Shown in pieces: positions 19,279-30,086 of a DNA stretch of 64,000 nt. The notes below the pieces were generated by a model. The model was not told the DNA's origin and ran no database searches. It saw only the letters and a program-made list of their open reading frames with translations. How positions within the stretch are numbered: position 1 is the stretch's first letter; each line of letters starts with the position of its first letter. The translations under genes were made by a program, and so were the position numbers. The stretch comes from an uncultured delta proteobacterium (GTDB taxonomy: Bacteria; Desulfobacterota; Binatia; Binatales; Binataceae). The stretch covers positions 192,001 to 256,000 of the forward strand of contig CAWEEQ010000001.1 of assembly GCA_963808235.1 (NCBI GenBank), in the 5' to 3' direction.

Positions 19279-19310
19279 GGGGAGCGCGCCGGACTGTCGG
19301 CGCGCTCCCC
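19279..19310 (+). other. Strong 13-bp GC hairpin between the precursor gene and msrP
   Basis: GGGGAGCGCGCCG-gactgt-CGGCGCGCTCCCC with no U-tract. Confidence 0.7.
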
Positions 19311-19328
19311 ACACCGCGCCGACTGCCG

Positions 19329-20342
19329 ATGATGCCGAAAACGAACTCGCCTGCCGCGCGAGAGATCACGCCGGAGAAACTGTACCTGCGCCGGCGTGAA
19401 TTCATTCGCAACTCGTTGCTCTTCACCGCAACGAGCACCGGTGTTGGCAGTACATTGTTATGGTTGATGAAAGGCCTGCGGGCACAGGATCACAAGAAGG
19501 CAGCGGGAAGCGTGGCGTTGCCCAATCCGAACGAAGCCCCAGATGCCGGCGTTCTAACTATCTCGCGGCGCTCCGACTACGCCGCGGGCGAGGCGAAGAC
19601 CCCGTTCGAGAGCGTCACCACTTACAACAACTTCTACGAGTTCGGCACCGACAAGAGCGATCCGGCGCAAAACGCTTCCACGTTAAAACCGCGTCCGTGG
19701 ACTGTAACGATTGAAGGTGAGGTGGCCCGGCCGCAGGTCGTCGACATCGAGCAACTTCTCAAGTGGTTTCCGCTCGAGGAACGCGTATACCGGATGCGCT
19801 GCGTTGAGGCGTGGTCGATGGTCATACCGTGGGACGGATTCCCGCTTGCCGATCTGCTGCAGCGTGTCGGGCTGACTTCGCGAGCGAAATACGTCGCGTT
19901 CACATCGCTGCTCGATCCCGAGCAAATGCCGCGACAGCGCAGCGATCTTCTTCCATGGCCCTATGTCGAAGGTTTGCGGATCGATGAGGCGATGCATCCG
20001 CTCGCCATGTTGGCAGTGGGTCTTTACGGTCGTCAGCTGCCAAACCAGGACGGCGCTCCGCTAAGGCTGGTGGTTCCGTGGAAGTACGGATTCAAGGGAA
20101 TCAAGTCGATCGTCAAAATCCGTCTTACCGAGAATCAACCGCGAACTACCTGGAATCTGGCCGGGCCTGAAGAGTACGGCTTTTATGCAAACGTCAATCC
20201 CGCAGTGGATCATCCGCGTTGGAGCCAGGCTACCGAAAGGCGGATCGGCGAGTATCATCGGCGGCCGACGCTGCCATTCAATGGCTACGCGGAGCAGGTC
20301 GCAGGGCTTTACCGCGGAATGGATTTGAGCAGGTTCGTGTAG
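19329..20342 (+). CDS. msrP: Periplasmic Mo-dependent protein-methionine-sulfoxide reductase catalytic subunit
   Basis: ITPE..Y..RRREF Tat signal, [59 protein letters not shown]. Confidence 0.97.
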   Translation: MMPKTNSPAAREITPEKLYLRRREFIRNSLLFTATSTGVGSTLLWLMKGLRAQDHKKAAGSVALPNPNEAPDAGVLTISRRSDYAAGEAKTPFESVTTYNNFYEFGTDKSDPAQNASTLKPRPWTVTIEGEVARPQVVDIEQLLKWFPLEERVYRMRCVEAWSMVIPWDGFPLADLLQRVGLTSRAKYVAFTSLLDPEQMPRQRSDLLPWPYVEGLRIDEAMHPLAMLAVGLYGRQLPNQDGAPLRLVVPWKYGFKGIKSIVKIRLTENQPRTTWNLAGPEEYGFYANVNPAVDHPRWSQATERRIGEYHRRPTLPFNGYAEQVAGLYRGMDLSRFV

Positions 20343-20344
20343 TC

Positions 20345-20956
20345 GTGGGATCCGCTACCGGTAACACACCGCTGCCCTGGCTTAAGCCCGCGGTGCTGAC
20401 AGGATCGCTCGTTCCGATCGCCGCGATTGCGATGCGCGCATCGACGAATGCGCTGGGTCCCGATCCGATTGCGCAGGCGCTGAACCAGCTTGGCCTGATC
20501 GCTCTGGTCTTCTTGATTGCGGCTCTGGCCTGCACGCCGCTCAAGGCGATCGCCGGTTGGACGTGGCCGATGCGCCTGCGCCGCATGCTTGGACTGCTTG
20601 CGTTCTTCTACGCCGCGCTACACGTCATCACTTACACGATGCTCGATCAGGGCTGGGACTGGCACGCGATTCTGGACGACATCCTGAAGCGGAAGTTTAT
20701 TCTGTTCGGATTTTCCACTTTTGTTTTACTGATTCCGCTGGCTCTGACTTCGACCAACCGGGCGCTCAGGCAGCTCGGTTACGTTCGCTGGAAACAGCTT
20801 CATCGCCTGGCCTACCTGGCTCCCGCGCTTGCCGTCCTTCATTTCACATGGAGGGTCAAACGCGACATACGGGAGCCGGTTACCTACGGGCTCATACTTG
20901 GGGCACTCCTGAGCATCCGGTTGATCGAGTACGTTCGTGAGCGCGCGGCTCAATAA
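20345..20956 (+). CDS. msrQ: Heme b membrane subunit of MsrPQ
   Basis: LACTP, RRMLGL.AFFY..LH, PLALTS, WKQLHRLAY, LHF.W. Confidence 0.95.
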   Translation: MGSATGNTPLPWLKPAVLTGSLVPIAAIAMRASTNALGPDPIAQALNQLGLIALVFLIAALACTPLKAIAGWTWPMRLRRMLGLLAFFYAALHVITYTMLDQGWDWHAILDDILKRKFILFGFSTFVLLIPLALTSTNRALRQLGYVRWKQLHRLAYLAPALAVLHFTWRVKRDIREPVTYGLILGALLSIRLIEYVRERAAQ

Positions 20957-21007
20957 ATCGAACAGACCAAACACTCCCCTACAAACAGGCTAAGGTTACC
21001 TAACAAC

Positions 21008-21910
21008 TTGATTGGCTTCACTCTAGCCGGTACGGTACTTCTACTGGCAGTAGGGATAGCTCAGTTGGGAACCTCGACGACCGATTTCGCATCCATAACG
21101 CTGGAGAGCAATGGAGTTCGGCTCTCCGCGCTCGAAAGGCGCGGCAAGGGGACCCCGATCGTGCTGATGCATGGGGCGGCCCGGAATGCTCTCTGCTTCA
21201 AAGCTCTCGCCGACGCGGTCGGCGGAAGGCATGTCATTGTGATCGATATGCCGGGCCACGGCGATAGTGCGCCAGCGTCCAGCTGGCAGATGGAAGATCT
21301 CGCCGAGCTGGTGTTCGATGCCATACGGCGGCGAGCTAGCGGCAAGGTGATCTGGGGCGGGCATTCGTGGGGTGGGAAAGTAGCAGCGATGATCGCCGCG
21401 CTTCATCCCGAGGCAGCATCCTCGCTAATCCTGCTCGATCCTTCCGCCGCGGCAGGTCTTGCGATCCCGGCCGAGATGCTTGTCGACGTTATGTTCGCGA
21501 GCGAGCTGGGTCCGTGGAACTCGCTCGACGAGGCCAAAGATGCAGCGCGCAGCCTTCCTCAGTATACGAATTGGAATCCAGACCTGGAGCGGGCTTTCGA
21601 GCGCGGCGTCGCACCCGGTCTCGATGGCAAATGGCGAGCCCGGATCTCGCGCGAAACGCTAATCGCGATCTGCGCCGCGGTCAGCAAAGATCATTCCACA
21701 GTCGTGCGCAAAGTCGCGTGTCCGACCCTCTTCGTCGTCGCCGATGAGAGCCTCGGCTGGCAGGAACCCAACTTCGACTTGATACCTCAAGCTACTCGCA
21801 TCGTCATCAAATCGAACCATTGGCTGATGTCAGGAAATCCCGTCGAACTACATCGCGCCGTCGGCAACTGGCTGAATGCCGTCGGCGGACGCGAAGCTCA
21901 GGCCGCCTGA
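21008..21910 (+). CDS. Alpha/beta hydrolase
   Basis: LMHG, DMPGHGDS, GHSWGG nucleophile elbow, C-terminal SNHW. Start uncertain. Confidence 0.85.
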   Translation: MIGFTLAGTVLLLAVGIAQLGTSTTDFASITLESNGVRLSALERRGKGTPIVLMHGAARNALCFKALADAVGGRHVIVIDMPGHGDSAPASSWQMEDLAELVFDAIRRRASGKVIWGGHSWGGKVAAMIAALHPEAASSLILLDPSAAAGLAIPAEMLVDVMFASELGPWNSLDEAKDAARSLPQYTNWNPDLERAFERGVAPGLDGKWRARISRETLIAICAAVSKDHSTVVRKVACPTLFVVADESLGWQEPNFDLIPQATRIVIKSNHWLMSGNPVELHRAVGNWLNAVGGREAQAA

Positions 21911-22044
21911 GCGGCCGCCCCGCGGTATTCAACCGCACTCCGCCTTTCGACGCTTCTCCGCCCTAGCTTGTGCCAAGCCGGGTCTCGGGCTAATCGTAGG
22001 CTCCGTACTTGACAGGGTAGACCGTAGATGGAGCCGATCGGCAA

Positions 22045-22959
22045 GTGCATTTTCCTTCTCACAACATGAGGCTTTCCGCACGTACGCATGATCTGCACGG
22101 CGTTCCGGCGACCTTGTTCGTGGCGCTCGCGGCGAGAGCGCTCGCGCCCATCGAGGCGCCGGAGCTCGGACTCGCGGAGCATCAGGCGGCGCAAATTCTG
22201 CGCAGACTCGAGATCGACCCGCGACAGTTCGCGCTCAACGCCAACGAGGTGCGGGCGGTAGCGCTGCGCTCACAATGGTTTGCTCAGACGACGCGAAAGT
22301 TCTTCGAACGCTACCCGCACGGATTGTGCGTCAACGTCGGTTGCGGGCTCAACGCCAGCTTTGAACAGGTGGCGGAAGCCGGTGGCGGCCGATTCACCTG
22401 GATAGATCTTGACCTGCCAGAAGTGATCGCGATCCGCCGGCAATTCTTCGTGGAGACTGAGCGACGCCGAATCATCGAAGGCGATATAACCGACGCAAGC
22501 CTGTTCAGCACGCTGCCATGGGCTCCCGGCGAGCCCGCGCTTATCCTCGCAGAGGGACTTCTCTACTACCTTAAGCCCGCGCAAGTCGAAGCGTTTCTCA
22601 GTGTGCAAGCGGATGCAGCCGACGCAAGGTGCGCAAATGTCGAGATTGCTTTCGACTACGTGAGTCCACTGGGCGCGTGGATCGTTGGGCAACGTCCTGC
22701 GCATCGGCAACTCGGAACCGCGTACGCGTGGACACTGCGACGGCCCAACGACTTGATCCGCATCGACCGGCGGCTCGAAGTCGTCGAGGACACCAACGTG
22801 TTCATGGGCGCGATGGGCCCCGGCGCGCGGCAAGTCAACACCATCTGCCGTGTCATCACCGGCGGCGAACTGGGCGGCTGCGCACATCTGAGACGAACTC
22901 CCAGCACGCTACCTGCTCGTGATAGCCTTCCACAATTATACCCGACTGGCGCCTGGTAG
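22045..22959 (+). CDS. Class I SAM methyltransferase (LCM / O-methyltransferase family)
   Basis: VPATL...L.AR, VNVGCGL, DLDLPEVI..RR, AEGLLYYL. Confidence 0.85.
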   Translation: MHFPSHNMRLSARTHDLHGVPATLFVALAARALAPIEAPELGLAEHQAAQILRRLEIDPRQFALNANEVRAVALRSQWFAQTTRKFFERYPHGLCVNVGCGLNASFEQVAEAGGGRFTWIDLDLPEVIAIRRQFFVETERRRIIEGDITDASLFSTLPWAPGEPALILAEGLLYYLKPAQVEAFLSVQADAADARCANVEIAFDYVSPLGAWIVGQRPAHRQLGTAYAWTLRRPNDLIRIDRRLEVVEDTNVFMGAMGPGARQVNTICRVITGGELGGCAHLRRTPSTLPARDSLPQLYPTGAW

Positions 22960-22986
22960 CGCTTAATTTAAACCCGCCGTTCGAAT

Positions 22987-23487
22987 TTGTCGGAAGGGAA
23001 CCCGCAAGATGATAGACCGAGTTGGTCGCGTCGCAATTCAAATCTCCAGGCCAAGCGGATTCGTCGCATCGGCACGAGCGACGGCCTATTCATGTTGCTG
23101 ATTGCGATCCTCGCATCGAGCGCCCGACCTGCCGCCGCCCAGTCAGGCAAGCAGGATTACGTAACTTATTGCGCTGATTGCCATGGCTCCGACGCCAAGG
23201 GCAATGGGCCAGCGCTCGCGACCATCCCAATGACGCTGCCGCCATCCGATCTTACTCAGCTGGCGAAAAAAAATGGCGGGAAATTTCCGTTCGCGGAGGT
23301 CGTGGACACTATTGACGGTCGCAAGAATATACCGTCGCACGAGCGAATCCAGATGCCCTTCCTCGGAACAACCCTTCAGAAACCGGGCAAGGAGTTCACC
23401 TCAGAGAGCGATGCGGAGGTGAAGCGAAGAATCGAATCGATGGCTCGATACGTCGAGAGCCTCCAGCAGAAATCACGCCGCGCCTGA
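22987..23487 (+). CDS. Exported monoheme cytochrome c
   Basis: Signal-like N-terminus, CADCH, PPSDLT, GKFP, H...MP distal Met. Start uncertain. Confidence 0.88.
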   Translation: MSEGNPQDDRPSWSRRNSNLQAKRIRRIGTSDGLFMLLIAILASSARPAAAQSGKQDYVTYCADCHGSDAKGNGPALATIPMTLPPSDLTQLAKKNGGKFPFAEVVDTIDGRKNIPSHERIQMPFLGTTLQKPGKEFTSESDAEVKRRIESMARYVESLQQKSRRA

Positions 23488-23735
23488 ACGCACTAGAGTC
23501 GGGCTCTACCGTAACCGGATTTTTCGTCATGTACTCCCGGACCAGCATTTTACCCTCCCGCGGAAATTCGCTCGAAGATAACTAAAGATGTCGCAAGAAT
23601 GAGACCATGCTTACAGTTCTCAAGATCAGTGGAGGAAAGGATAAAAGGGTGGTCAGAGTTGCTTCCGATCGATACACGGTGAGTCCCTTCGCTACTCAAC
23701 GCGGTCCTCATCGGAAGTATGCGATGGTTGATCCA

Positions 23736-24164
23736 CTAACGCGTCGCGCCAGCGAATGAGTGTAAAACTCTTTGTGTGAGTTCTCGATTTATTGGTTTCG
23801 AGGTGTAGTACTGAACGCGATATCCGCGCGCACGGCGCTCGGTCTCAGCACTGTGAATCGCCGCGATGTAGGCCACCAGAGCCTGCGGGGCGCGCTTTCG
23901 GACCTGGTCGAGAAGCCATCCGCGAATCGATTCGTCGACCGCCTCATTGTCGATCACAACTATCCTGACGCCGGGATTAAGCAGAAACGCGCGCGCCTGA
24001 TGCGGATCGGCAAATTTCTCGATGACCCACGAATTGCCGATGCATTCGGCGATCATATTCACGACCGATTGGTCGCGCGAGAAAACCGCTATCGCAAAGC
24101 GCCGGTCGATCGCGGCGGCGGTTTCCTTTTCGCGGGCCATACTCCAAGGCGTGAAGCGTGCCAC
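23736..24164 (-). CDS. Stand-alone atypical receiver (REC)-like protein
   Basis: VVIDNE, Y.SKPI and REC-like spacing, but lacking the first acidic pair. Possible start at ATG 24140. Confidence 0.55.
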   Translation of the reverse strand: MARFTPWSMAREKETAAAIDRRFAIAVFSRDQSVVNMIAECIGNSWVIEKFADPHQARAFLLNPGVRIVVIDNEAVDESIRGWLLDQVRKRAPQALVAYIAAIHSAETERRARGYRVQYYTSKPINRELTQRVLHSFAGATR

Positions 24165-24254
24165 TTTTGACTCCCGAGCCGGTACCGCGAAAAATTGTCA
24201 TAATTTTGGTTTTCTGGCGGACTTCTGCTAAGGATCTGTCTCCACTGGACGCAT

Positions 24255-24827
24255 TTGGAGCCGGCTCTGATCGTAGTGTGCGGGCTTTCCGGCACGGGCA
24301 AATCGACCGTCGCCCGCCTGCTGCAGCATCGCAACGGCTTTGCATCGATCAACTCGGACCGGGTCCGCAAACGTCTGGCGGCGGTTTCGGCGCACGAGCA
24401 CGTCCGCACCAGCTTTGGGAAAGACATTTATTCCGATCGTTTTACGAGGCTCACCTATGACGCGATGCTCCACGAAGCGGAGAGCCTGCTGAGCGACGGC
24501 CGCGGGGCAATTTTCGACGCAACGTTCAAATCAGCTGCCGACCGGCATCGTGCACTCGATCTGGCGGCGAAGAGCAACGTGCCAGTGCTGTTCGTCGAAT
24601 GCGTCGTCAGCGAAGACGAAGCGCTACGCCGCCTTAAGCTGCGCGAATCGAAACGCCGCGAAGTGTCGGACGCGACGCCGGAGATCTACGAAAAGCAACG
24701 CGCCGAGTTCGAGCCGACCCGGGAGATTCCATCGCGAAACCATCTGCGCATCGACACCACGCGCCAGCGCGAACAGATCGTCGCCGAAGTCGAGGACGCG
24801 CTCCAGCACCTCAGCCTGACGCGTTAG
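24255..24827 (+). CDS. P-loop kinase (AAA_33-like)
   Basis: CGLSGTGKST, SDRVRKRL, DATF, SDA; resembles the C-terminal domain of APH-AAA fusion proteins. Confidence 0.8.
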   Translation: MEPALIVVCGLSGTGKSTVARLLQHRNGFASINSDRVRKRLAAVSAHEHVRTSFGKDIYSDRFTRLTYDAMLHEAESLLSDGRGAIFDATFKSAADRHRALDLAAKSNVPVLFVECVVSEDEALRRLKLRESKRREVSDATPEIYEKQRAEFEPTREIPSRNHLRIDTTRQREQIVAEVEDALQHLSLTR

Positions 24828-25470
24828 CTGCGATAGAGCTCCGGATACTTTTCTTTTAGCGCTTCGAGTTTCGGCGCATCGTTGATCATGATGTATGGCT
24901 GATACGGATGCAAAGCGAGATAGTTCTGATGATACGCCTCAGCCGGATAGAAGCCGCCGAGCGGTACTACCTTGGTTACGATCGGCTTGTCGAACACCTT
25001 CTTCTGATCGAGTTGCGCGATGAAATCGTCCGCCGCTTTCTTCTGTTCGTCATCCGCATAGAAAATCGAGGACCGGTATTGAGTCCCTGAATCCGGGCCC
25101 TGTCGATTCAGTTCGGTCGGATCGTGAGCGACGAAAAAAAATACCTTCAACAGATCGTCGTACGACACCTGCGATGGATCATAGGTAACCTGCACTGACT
25201 CAGCATGTCCCGTCGTTCCGGTGCTGACGGTTTCATAGTTCGCGGTGTCGGCGCTTCCTCCCGCATATCCGGAAACAACTTTGGATACGCCTTTCACATG
25301 CTTGAAGACCGCGTCGACGCCCCAGAAACATCCACCGGAAAAAACCGCCGTGGCGCTCCTGTTGCCCTGGCTCTGCGCCAGAGCCGATGAACCGGCATTG
25401 ATCAGCAACGCCCCTACCGTCAGCAGCGCCGCGAGTCTCAACCGTGTCCGCAGTTTCATGGTTATGGTCA
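24824..25470 (-). CDS. msrA: Exported peptide-methionine (S)-S-oxide reductase
   Basis: Signal peptide, GGCFWG, SGYAGG, GHAE, HDPT..NRQGPD.GTQYRS, AEAYHQNY. Start approximate. Confidence 0.95.
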
Positions 25471-25508
25471 TCCTCCAGCCTGGAAGGTGAAAATCTTCGT
25501 ACAAACTA

Positions 25509-25536
25509 TTAACGCTGGATGCTCAGGTATGGTTCC
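25509..25536 (-). promoter_or_regulatory. Candidate ECF promoter for msrA
   Basis: Minus strand GGAACC-N16-CGTTAA about 40 nt upstream of the start. Confidence 0.55.
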
Positions 25537-25798
25537 CGATCGACGTTCGGCGGCGTTATCGCATCGCGGTTCGGAGAAATCCTGACAGACGCACGCATTG
25601 GTATCGGTGCTATGATCTCCCTGCTCCGCCCGATACCTGTTTGCAGGACGTTAGCGGTCAATACGTCCGTCAAGGCGCTATGCGTCTCGCGGTGAAGCTC
25701 GACGACTTGCTTGATAGCGATGAGACGCGCCCGCTGCCGCCTTTGAGAAGGATGTCGTTCGCGTAGCTCCGTACCGCCATCCTAATTCAAGATCTTTG

Positions 25799-26281
25799 CT
25801 ATGGCGTAAGTGTAAGTTCGAAAGTTCCCTTGCCCTTGCAATGCCTGCCGATGCGATTGACCAGGTAGGCGCCCTCCATCGTGTCACCGGTAACCTTCGC
25901 CAAGACCGACGCGGTGCAAGGATGGTTGGTTCCGCTTGTAGCATGAAAGGTGAGCGTGAGGTGGTTGTTGGAGATACTTCCTTTCACATTTCCACTTGGA
26001 GTCTCATCGCCGGTCGTCAAGCTGAACGTGCCGCCGATTTTGTTCTGACTCTGAGTGAGATCCAGGGTCATGGGACCCGTGCTGTTCCCCTGTGATCTGT
26101 CTATATTGGTGTTCGTGCCGGTCCAGCTGCCGGCGACCTGCGCGACCGACGGAGTCTGATTTGCGTCCGCCGCGCCGGATTCGTCGGCATCCTGAGCACG
26201 CGCGGAAGTCAGGCAAAGCATAGCCAACAGTATCGATGATGCAGCAGCGGCGGCTGCGCCGCGTCCGATCGAAAACTTCAT
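25799..26281 (-). CDS. Secreted beta-rich hypothetical protein
   Basis: Signal peptide, VAGSWTG, two Cys, GTFELT; purine-rich RBS. Confidence 0.7.
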   Translation of the reverse strand: MKFSIGRGAAAAAASSILLAMLCLTSARAQDADESGAADANQTPSVAQVAGSWTGTNTNIDRSQGNSTGPMTLDLTQSQNKIGGTFSLTTGDETPSGNVKGSISNNHLTLTFHATSGTNHPCTASVLAKVTGDTMEGAYLVNRIGRHCKGKGTFELTLTP

Positions 26282-26526
26282 TCTTTCTCTCCCTTTTGGT
26301 GGTCTAAATCGCGCAATCTACTTCTTTGGACGCAATCGTGCGCTGAAACATTCATTCTGATGCGTTGATAGTATGCGAATTGGTTGCACCAGCATAGATA
26401 GGAGGAAGAGTGCAGAAACAATCGCATTTAACGGCACTGATACGCCGGAGGTGGAGGCATGGCGCCGATTGTCTATGCAATGCGCTCGCGACTGGAGTTA
26501 AGTTGCCGAAATAGGGACGATGAAAT

Positions 26527-28893
26527 ATGAAAAACGGATCGGCGGCACAAGAACTTGAACTGATCGACGCCTATTGGCGAGCTTCAAACTATCTGACTAT
26601 CGGTCAGATCTACTTACAAGAAAATCCACTGCTACGGGAGCCGCTGAGACCTGAGCACGTCAAGCCGCGACTCCTCGGACACTGGGGCACTTCGCCCGGA
26701 CAAAACCTGGTTTACATTCACCTTAGCCGCGTCATAAGGAACAACGACGCTAGCATGATTTATGTCTCGGGGCCCGGGCACGGCGGTCCCGCGATCGTCG
26801 CGCAGACCTACCTGGAAGGCACTTACTCGGAGACCTATCCGAGGGTCTCACAAGACCTTGAAGGTATGCGGCTACTGTTCCGGCAATTCTCGACTTCCGG
26901 CGGCATTCCCAGTCACGTGGGCCCCCATGTTCCCGGTTCGATTAATGAGGGTGGCGAGCTTGGATACTCATTGGCGCACGCATTCGGCGCCGCGTTCGAC
27001 AATCCCAATCTGATCGTCGCATGCGTTATAGGCGACGGCGAGGCGGAGACCGCCCCGCTCGAAGGTGCGTGGAAAGGAATCAACTTCCTTAATCCCGCGC
27101 GCGACGGTGCCGTGCTGCCGATCCTGCACCTCAATGGCTACAAGATTGCTGGTCCTACTGTGCTTGGCCGTGAAAGCGACGAACAAATTCGACACCTGCT
27201 AACCGGCCACGGTTACGATGTTCAATTCGTCGCGGGCGACGAACCGATGGCGGTACATGAACAGTTGGCTTCGACGCTCGACGCCTGCTACTCGGCAATC
27301 CGTCAATTTCAGCACGACAGTCGAAGCCGGGGGGTTACTCAGCGGCCCCATTGGCCCGCGATCGTGATGCGCACTCCTAAAGGGTGGACCGGTCCGAAGG
27401 TCGTGGATGGCGTCCAGATAGAAGGTACCTTCCGCGCGCATCAGGTCCCTCTCGCCAACGTCAAGGAGAATCCGAAACATCTCGAAATGCTCGAGCAATG
27501 GATGCGCAGCTACAAACCCGATGAGCTCTTCGATCGAAGCGGCCGTCTAGTCGCGGAACTCGCGAAGCTCGCGCCCAAGGGCCACCTCCGGATGAGCGCG
27601 AATCCCCATGCCAACGGCGGCGAAGCGCCCCTGCCGCTGGTGATCCCGGACTACACACGGTACGCGCTGAAGATCGACCAACCAGGTAGCATGCTAGCCG
27701 AATCGACTCGCCAACTCGGCATGATGCTGCGCGGCATCTTCGCGCGCAACGAGAAGCAGCGGAACTTTCGCCTCTTCTGTCCCGACGAAACCAATTCCAA
27801 TCGGCTCGGCGATGTCTTCGAGGTTGAGAACCGATGCCTTGTCAGCTCGCTTATTCCGGAGGACGATCATGTAGCTGTTGACGGCCGAGTCATGGAGGTG
27901 CTTAGCGAACACAACCAGCAAGGATGGCTCGAAGGCTATACGCTTACTGGCCGATATGGACTGTTCGCCACCTATGAGGCGTTTGCGATGATCGTCGATT
28001 CGATGACCGCGCAACACGCCAAGTGGCTGAAGACCTGCGCTACCGAGCTGCCGTGGCGCAAACAAATACCGTCGCTGAACTATCTGCTGACATCAACTTG
28101 CTGGCGTAACGACCACAATGGTTTCAGTCACCAGGGGCCGGGCTTTATCGACAGCATCCTGACGAAGCAGGGCATCATTACTCGCATCTACTTGCCACCC
28201 GACGCTAACTGCCTGCTTTCGGTCGCTGACCATTGTTTGCGCAGCCACGACTACATCAACCTGATTGTAATTGATAAACAGCCGCACCTTCAGTTCCTGG
28301 ACATCGACACGGCGCGCGAACACTGCGCGCAAGGAGCTTCGATATGGAGCTGGGCAAGCAATGATGTGGGCGGCAAGCCCGATATCGTGCTTGCATGCGC
28401 CGGCGACGTTTCGACGCAGGAGACACTCGCGGCGGCGTGGTTGCTGCGAAAACACTTGCCGGAAATGAAGGTACGTGTGGTAAATGTCGTCGACCTGATG
28501 CGGCTCTGGCCGCCCGATGTTCATCCCCATGGTATGGACGAGGAACGCTTCCTCGATCTCTTCACCGCCGACGCGCACGTGATCTTTGCGTTCCACGGTT
28601 ACCCGCGGGCCATCCATGAAATCCTGCATGGCAGAACCAATGCTGAGCGCTTTCACGTGCGTGGTTACATCGAAGAAGGCACCACGACGACTCCGTTCGA
28701 CATGGTGGCGTTGAACAAGACCAGTCGCTTCCACCTATGCATAGAGGCATTGCGGCGAGCACCAGCGATTCCGGGCTCTCACAAGGTGGTCGAACTGTGT
28801 CACGGATGGCTCGAGCGGCATCGCAGCTACGTGGACAAACATTTTCAGGATATTCCGGAAATAAACGACTGGAAATGGACTGCGCCCGCCTGA
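26527..28893 (+). CDS. xfp: Phosphoketolase (XFP family)
   Basis: [29 protein letters not shown] (TPP), [27 protein letters not shown]. Confidence 0.97.
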   Translation: MKNGSAAQELELIDAYWRASNYLTIGQIYLQENPLLREPLRPEHVKPRLLGHWGTSPGQNLVYIHLSRVIRNNDASMIYVSGPGHGGPAIVAQTYLEGTYSETYPRVSQDLEGMRLLFRQFSTSGGIPSHVGPHVPGSINEGGELGYSLAHAFGAAFDNPNLIVACVIGDGEAETAPLEGAWKGINFLNPARDGAVLPILHLNGYKIAGPTVLGRESDEQIRHLLTGHGYDVQFVAGDEPMAVHEQLASTLDACYSAIRQFQHDSRSRGVTQRPHWPAIVMRTPKGWTGPKVVDGVQIEGTFRAHQVPLANVKENPKHLEMLEQWMRSYKPDELFDRSGRLVAELAKLAPKGHLRMSANPHANGGEAPLPLVIPDYTRYALKIDQPGSMLAESTRQLGMMLRGIFARNEKQRNFRLFCPDETNSNRLGDVFEVENRCLVSSLIPEDDHVAVDGRVMEVLSEHNQQGWLEGYTLTGRYGLFATYEAFAMIVDSMTAQHAKWLKTCATELPWRKQIPSLNYLLTSTCWRNDHNGFSHQGPGFIDSILTKQGIITRIYLPPDANCLLSVADHCLRSHDYINLIVIDKQPHLQFLDIDTAREHCAQGASIWSWASNDVGGKPDIVLACAGDVSTQETLAAAWLLRKHLPEMKVRVVNVVDLMRLWPPDVHPHGMDEERFLDLFTADAHVIFAFHGYPRAIHEILHGRTNAERFHVRGYIEEGTTTTPFDMVALNKTSRFHLCIEALRRAPAIPGSHKVVELCHGWLERHRSYVDKHFQDIPEINDWKWTAPA

Positions 28894-28899
28894 CCGACC

Positions 28900-30075
28900 G
28901 TGAGCAACATTCTTAGTATCAACCGCGGATCATCGTCCTTGAAATTCGCGTTGTACGCGTTCAAGGAAGGCATTGAGGAACTTCTGGCTCAAGGCGAAGT
29001 TGAGCTAAATCCACATCGCGGGCGGCTATCGATCGAACGCGCTGGCGCTAAGGATAGAAGTGAGACATCCGGCAGGTTCAAGGACTCCAAAGCTGCAGTG
29101 CTGGCCGCGTTTGAGTCGATGAATGGTCTTAGTCTGCCGCAGCCAGATGCGGCCGGGCATCGGCTTGTCCACGGCGGGCCGACGCACTTCGCGCCGGAGC
29201 GCATCACTGCTCAACTGATAACTTCCTTGCGCGACCTGGTCGGGTTCGCGCCGTTGCATCTGCCGATCGAGATCCAGGCTATAGAAGCAATAGCTACGCG
29301 GTTTCCCGATCTTCCGCAGGTAGCCTGCTTCGATACGGGCTTTCATCAACGGATACCCGAGTTCGCGCGCCGCTTACCGCTTCCACGCGAGTTATGGGAC
29401 GAAGGAGTGCACCGCTACGGCTTCCACGGCATCTCTTATGAGTACATAATGCAGACCCTCGGTGCAGCTAGACCCGACAAGATCGTCATCGCTCACCTGG
29501 GCAATGGCGCAAGCATGGTAGCAGTGCGCGACGGACAGCCAATAGACACTACGATGGGACTAACGCCGACCGGCGGCTTGATGATGGGAACCCGAAGCGG
29601 CGATCTCGATCCTGGTGTGCTGCTCTTCATGCTCACTCAGAAGAACTATAGTAGCGCGCGCCTGAATCAACTCCTCAACCATGAATCGGGCCTTCTGGGA
29701 GTGTCGGGAATCAGCTCAGATGTGAGAACGCTTATACAAAAAAGCGATTCCGACCCGAGAGCGTCGCAAGCAATCGAGATGTTCTGCTACCAGGTAGCCA
29801 AGCAGGTAGGCTCTTACTCAGCCGCCCTCGGTGGCCTGGACCTTCTGGTGTTCACCGGCGGCATCGGCGAACACGCGGCACCTATTCGCGAGCAAGCATG
29901 CCGCCGCTTGGCATTTGTCGGCATACAACTGGATCAGAAGCGCAATCTATCCAACGCGCATACCATCAGCTCAGCAAATAGTCGATGCGCCGTGCGAGTC
30001 ATCCCTGCCAACGAAGATCTCATGATCGCTCGCCACACTAACTCAGTACTCGCGTCCGATTCCCTGACTAGGTAG
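28900..30075 (+). CDS. ackA: Acetate/propionate kinase
   Basis: INRGSSSLK, GHRLVHGG, APLH, FDTGFH, YGFHGISY, HLGNGAS, GTRSGDLDP, FTGGIGE. Confidence 0.95.
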   Translation: MSNILSINRGSSSLKFALYAFKEGIEELLAQGEVELNPHRGRLSIERAGAKDRSETSGRFKDSKAAVLAAFESMNGLSLPQPDAAGHRLVHGGPTHFAPERITAQLITSLRDLVGFAPLHLPIEIQAIEAIATRFPDLPQVACFDTGFHQRIPEFARRLPLPRELWDEGVHRYGFHGISYEYIMQTLGAARPDKIVIAHLGNGASMVAVRDGQPIDTTMGLTPTGGLMMGTRSGDLDPGVLLFMLTQKNYSSARLNQLLNHESGLLGVSGISSDVRTLIQKSDSDPRASQAIEMFCYQVAKQVGSYSAALGGLDLLVFTGGIGEHAAPIREQACRRLAFVGIQLDQKRNLSNAHTISSANSRCAVRVIPANEDLMIARHTNSVLASDSLTR

Positions 30076-30086
30076 CTATACGTCTG

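Noticed and set aside
24147-24164. TGGCAC-N5-ACGC as a sigma54 promoter on the minus strand
   Set aside because: Weak -12 element, and the implied TSS would fall on or after the likely RBS/start; unresolved.
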